Part shown: one piece after another, positions 60,743 to 64,000 of the stretch
Numbering within the stretch: position 1 is the stretch's first letter
How the letters are laid out: each line of letters begins with the position of its first letter
Assembly (NCBI GenBank): GCA_965198235.1
Contig: OZ240248.1
Coordinates: 1,472,001 to 1,536,000 of the forward strand
DNA length: 64,000 nucleotides
Reading direction: 5' to 3'
DNA from: Candidatus Poribacteria bacterium
Lineage (GTDB): Bacteria; Poribacteria; WGA-4E; WGA-3G
The notes under the pieces: generated by a model
What the model was told of the DNA's origin: nothing
Databases searched by the model: none
What the model saw: only the letters and a program-made list of their open reading frames with translations
Program-made: the position numbers and the translations under genes

Positions 60743-62284
60743 ATGAAGCGATTAATGCTATTTTTTATCGGTTTCCTATTACTCTTCACACAACCCCTCG
60801 TGCATGCCGAGGTTACATTGCCGCGTGTCATCGGTAGTAACATGGTGTTACAACGCGATATGCAAGTCCCCATCTGGGGCTGGGCATCCGCAGACGAGAA
60901 AATCACGATAACCCTCAGTACCGAAGACGAAGGTGCCGAACTGCTTTTCTCGACTACTGGAGTTGCTGACTCGGAAGGCAACTGGCGAATCAAACTCCCC
61001 GCGCAGCAAGCCGATGGTCCCTATACGCTTCGTGTCACTGGAAATAATGCACTTGAACTCACGAACGTCCTCTTCGGGGAGGTTTGGGTCTGCTCCGGAC
61101 AATCAAATATGGAATGGTCGGTCCGTGCCTCGAAAGACAGCGATACAGAAATCGCTGCAGCAGACTATCCAACAATCCGACTGTTTGACATTCCGCACAT
61201 ACCATCGGGACTGCTTCAGCAAGACGTAGAAGCCGACTGGTCCGAAACCACCCCAAAAACAATCGAGAATTTCTCTGCTGTTGCCTACTATTTCGGGAGA
61301 AAACTCTACAAAAATCTCAATGTACCGATTGGATTAATAAGTACCAATTGGGGCGGCACCCGTATTGAACCGTGGACACCGCCTATCGGTTTCGCAACCG
61401 TCCCTGCCCTTGAATCCATATCTAAAGAGATTCAAGAAGCCGACGCGAACTATCGCGAGCAACTTCCGCAAAAAATGAAAGAGATTGAAGCGTGGATAGC
61501 GGAAACGCGGGAGACGTTAGAAACCGACGCTCGCCTTACACAGATACCTGAAAATAGACACCCTTTGAGGCATCACGCTAGACCAACCGGGCTCTACAAC
61601 GGCATGGTACATCCGATCGTCCCTTATGCTGTCCGTGGAGCAATCTGGTACCAAGGCGAGTCGAATCTTCAGGACGGAATGCTCTACCATGAAAAGATGA
61701 AGGCACTTATCAGTGGATGGCGCGAGGTTTGGGGACAGGGAGATTTTCCCTTCTATTTCGTGCAACTTGCCCCGTTTAACTACGGTTGGGGAGCCAGCCC
61801 ATTTTTTCTACCGGCAATTTGGGAAGCACAAGCTGCGACGTTATCCGTGCCACATACCGGTATGGCTGTAACAACAGATGTCGGTAACCTCAAGGACATC
61901 CATCCTCGAAATAAGCAGGAGGTTGGCAGACGGCTTGCCTTGTTGGCACTTGCGAAAACGTACGGCAGAGAGGATGTAACCTACTCCGGTCCGCTTTACA
62001 AGTCGATGTCGATAGAAGGGAACACAGTCCGACTGAATTTTGACTTTGTCGGTAGTGGCTTGATGGCACGAGACGGACAACCGCTGACATGGTTTGAAAT
62101 CGCAGGCGAGGACAAGCAATTCGTTGAGGCGGAAGCAACAGTTAATGGCGATACAATCGTCGTCTCCAGCGATGCCGTTGCGAATCCGGTCGCAGTTCGA
62201 TTTGGTTGGCATCAAAGTGCGGAACCGAATCTCGTGAACAAGGAAGGGTTACCTGCATCACCGTTTCGTACACATCCGTGGTAA
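60743..62284 (+). CDS. Sialate O-acetylesterase family
   Basis: GEVWVCSGQSNME, WGGT, WYQGESN, DIHPRNK. Confidence 0.9.
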   Translation: MKRLMLFFIGFLLLFTQPLVHAEVTLPRVIGSNMVLQRDMQVPIWGWASADEKITITLSTEDEGAELLFSTTGVADSEGNWRIKLPAQQADGPYTLRVTGNNALELTNVLFGEVWVCSGQSNMEWSVRASKDSDTEIAAADYPTIRLFDIPHIPSGLLQQDVEADWSETTPKTIENFSAVAYYFGRKLYKNLNVPIGLISTNWGGTRIEPWTPPIGFATVPALESISKEIQEADANYREQLPQKMKEIEAWIAETRETLETDARLTQIPENRHPLRHHARPTGLYNGMVHPIVPYAVRGAIWYQGESNLQDGMLYHEKMKALISGWREVWGQGDFPFYFVQLAPFNYGWGASPFFLPAIWEAQAATLSVPHTGMAVTTDVGNLKDIHPRNKQEVGRRLALLALAKTYGREDVTYSGPLYKSMSIEGNTVRLNFDFVGSGLMARDGQPLTWFEIAGEDKQFVEAEATVNGDTIVVSSDAVANPVAVRFGWHQSAEPNLVNKEGLPASPFRTHPW

Positions 62285-62469
62285 GGAAGAGCAATCAGCC
62301 TTCAGCGTAATAGACATCGGCAAAGAGCAGTTTGCGGCGGAAATGAAGTAAGTAACTGCCGCACGCCCTACTGAAAACTATTCCGCACAAGTTCCAAAGC
62401 CCATGTGAATTAACCAAAAACCTGCCCGAAACGAAGTGGAGGGCAGAGCGGAGGCCCATAGGTAAAAAT

Positions 62470-63612
62470 ATGAAAATCACCGCGATCAAAACCTTTATGG
62501 CACAATTTGGCAATCGACCCCGCGGCCTCATCAAAGTCGAAACAGACGAAGGGCTTTACGGATGGGGCGAAGCCTATTCCACAGGTCCCGACCTCTCTGT
62601 TGAACCAATTGCTGACTACATCTTTGAAATGATTCAAGGGGACGATCCGAGGCGAATTGAATATATAATGATGAAACTGCATCAGCAGTTCCGTTTCCCG
62701 GCGGGCGGTGCCGGACTTGCTGTCATTTCCGCTGTCGATCATGCCCTCTGGGATATCAGTGGAAAAGCAGCGGGCTTACCGGTGTACATGCTCCTCGGTG
62801 GGCACGCTCGGGACCGCATCCGTGTCTACCGTGGCATCGGCGGCAGGGATGGCATTGAAGCTGCGGATCAGGCGCACAAACTTCACGAAGATTGGGGATT
62901 CACCGCTTTCAAAACGAGTCCCTACCAGCTCGATCCCGATGTAAGTCGCTGGGGACGCGTCTGCGATGCAGCCGCTACCTATTTTGAGCAAATTCGGGAT
63001 AGCACACCCTCGGAATGGGAGTTCGCCTTCGATCCGCACGCCAAAATCTTCGAGCCGATTCGTGCACTCCAACTCGCAAATGCCCTCGCTCCCTACGATC
63101 CGTATTTCTACGAGGAACCGCTCCGACCCGAGCACATGCCAGCGTGGGCACGTCTACGCGCCCAAATGCAAGTGCCACTCGCAACGGGGGAATCCCTCTA
63201 TACACGCTTTGAGTTTCTGGATGTTATTGCGGCACAAGGTGCTGACATCATTCAACCGGACATTTGTGTCTGTGGCGGACTGCTGGAGATGCGGAAGATC
63301 GCTGCAATCGCCGAAGCGCACTACGTCAGTATCGCACCCCATAACCCGATGGGACCCCTCGCGACGGCTGTTAATGTCCACTTCGCCGCCGCAACCGCGA
63401 ATTTCAAAATCCTTGAGTATCTCCTACCCACCGAGACAGAATGGAACGCGTGGGTAGACGAACCTTATCTACCAAAAGACGGTTATCTGGAATTGCGAGA
63501 CCGTCCGGGTTTAGGTGTAGAGGTGAACGAATCCGCAATCACCGACAATGAATACATCCATTGGCAGCGCACCTGTCCCATCCGACCCGATGGCTCAACA
63601 GGATATATTTAA
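62470..63612 (+). CDS. Galactonate dehydratase-like enolase superfamily enzyme
   Basis: GWGEA, DHALWDISGK, EEP, TGE, QPD, PHNP. Confidence 0.85.
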   Translation: MKITAIKTFMAQFGNRPRGLIKVETDEGLYGWGEAYSTGPDLSVEPIADYIFEMIQGDDPRRIEYIMMKLHQQFRFPAGGAGLAVISAVDHALWDISGKAAGLPVYMLLGGHARDRIRVYRGIGGRDGIEAADQAHKLHEDWGFTAFKTSPYQLDPDVSRWGRVCDAAATYFEQIRDSTPSEWEFAFDPHAKIFEPIRALQLANALAPYDPYFYEEPLRPEHMPAWARLRAQMQVPLATGESLYTRFEFLDVIAAQGADIIQPDICVCGGLLEMRKIAAIAEAHYVSIAPHNPMGPLATAVNVHFAAATANFKILEYLLPTETEWNAWVDEPYLPKDGYLELRDRPGLGVEVNESAITDNEYIHWQRTCPIRPDGSTGYI

Positions 63613-63644
63613 TTGGCTTTCAGTTGTTGACTTTCAGTAGGACA

Positions 63645-63806
63645 TAGGTTGGGTTGAGCGTCTGTGAAACCTATAGGTGTCAATTTGAGAAAGGACTTCA
63701 TCGTAGGTTGGGTTGAACGGGTATTATTGACACCCTAATAAGTCAGAGAAAATGATTTTTCATCCATACCCATTCCATCGCGGAGATACGGAGTGAAACC
63801 CAACAC
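63645..63806. repeat. REP/MITE composite related to the element inside the CRISPR array
   Basis: ATAGGTGTCAATTT at 63673, ATCGTAGGTTGGGTTGAACGG and GTGAAACCCAACACT match the reverse complement of ~3050-3181. Confidence 0.75.
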
Positions 63807-64000
63807 TCAAAACACGTCCATTTGCTCCGTAGGAGCGGCATGTCTATAGTTACCACGATAGGTGTGAGGCTATGTTTCTCCGTTTGTAGTAGGGCGATTC
63901 ATCGCCCGTTGCGAGGCACAAACGCGCAATGAATTGCGCTACTACAAACAAAATTATGTCTCATCCTCATTTATGGTGAATTATAGAAATAACTCTCACT

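Overview
Bacterial chromosomal window, probably Candidatus Poribacteria or a relative. This is an inference from the expanded PhyH dioxygenases and Gfo/Idh/MocA oxidoreductases, secreted proteins ending in a 'KLxTxWGxxK' tail, a WD40/YWTD/dockerin mosaic protein and dense REP/MITE-like repeats. The standout locus is at 438-3290 on the minus strand. It holds an apparently intact 621-aa IscB nuclease (PLMP-like, split RuvC, bridge helix, HNH) with a ~128-aa insertion at the position of the Cas9 REC lobe. Upstream lies a HEARO/omegaRNA scaffold that starts with an anti-repeat complementary (with G-U pairs) to the repeat of an adjacent CRISPR array (30-31-nt repeats, 34-37-nt spacers, interrupted by a MITE). 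Together this looks like a CRISPR-associated, tracrRNA-like IscB system between OMEGA and type II CRISPR-Cas9; no cas1/cas2 or tnpA lies in the window. The rest is mostly metabolic: a cysK-cysH-sulfur carrier-JAB cluster, thrC, recD2, rsmI, a radical SAM/SPASM enzyme, a TonB receptor and enolase-superfamily enzymes. There is also a frameshifted acyl-CoA ligase, decayed DNA-methyltransferase remnants, and several repeat families, some inserted in frame in genes.
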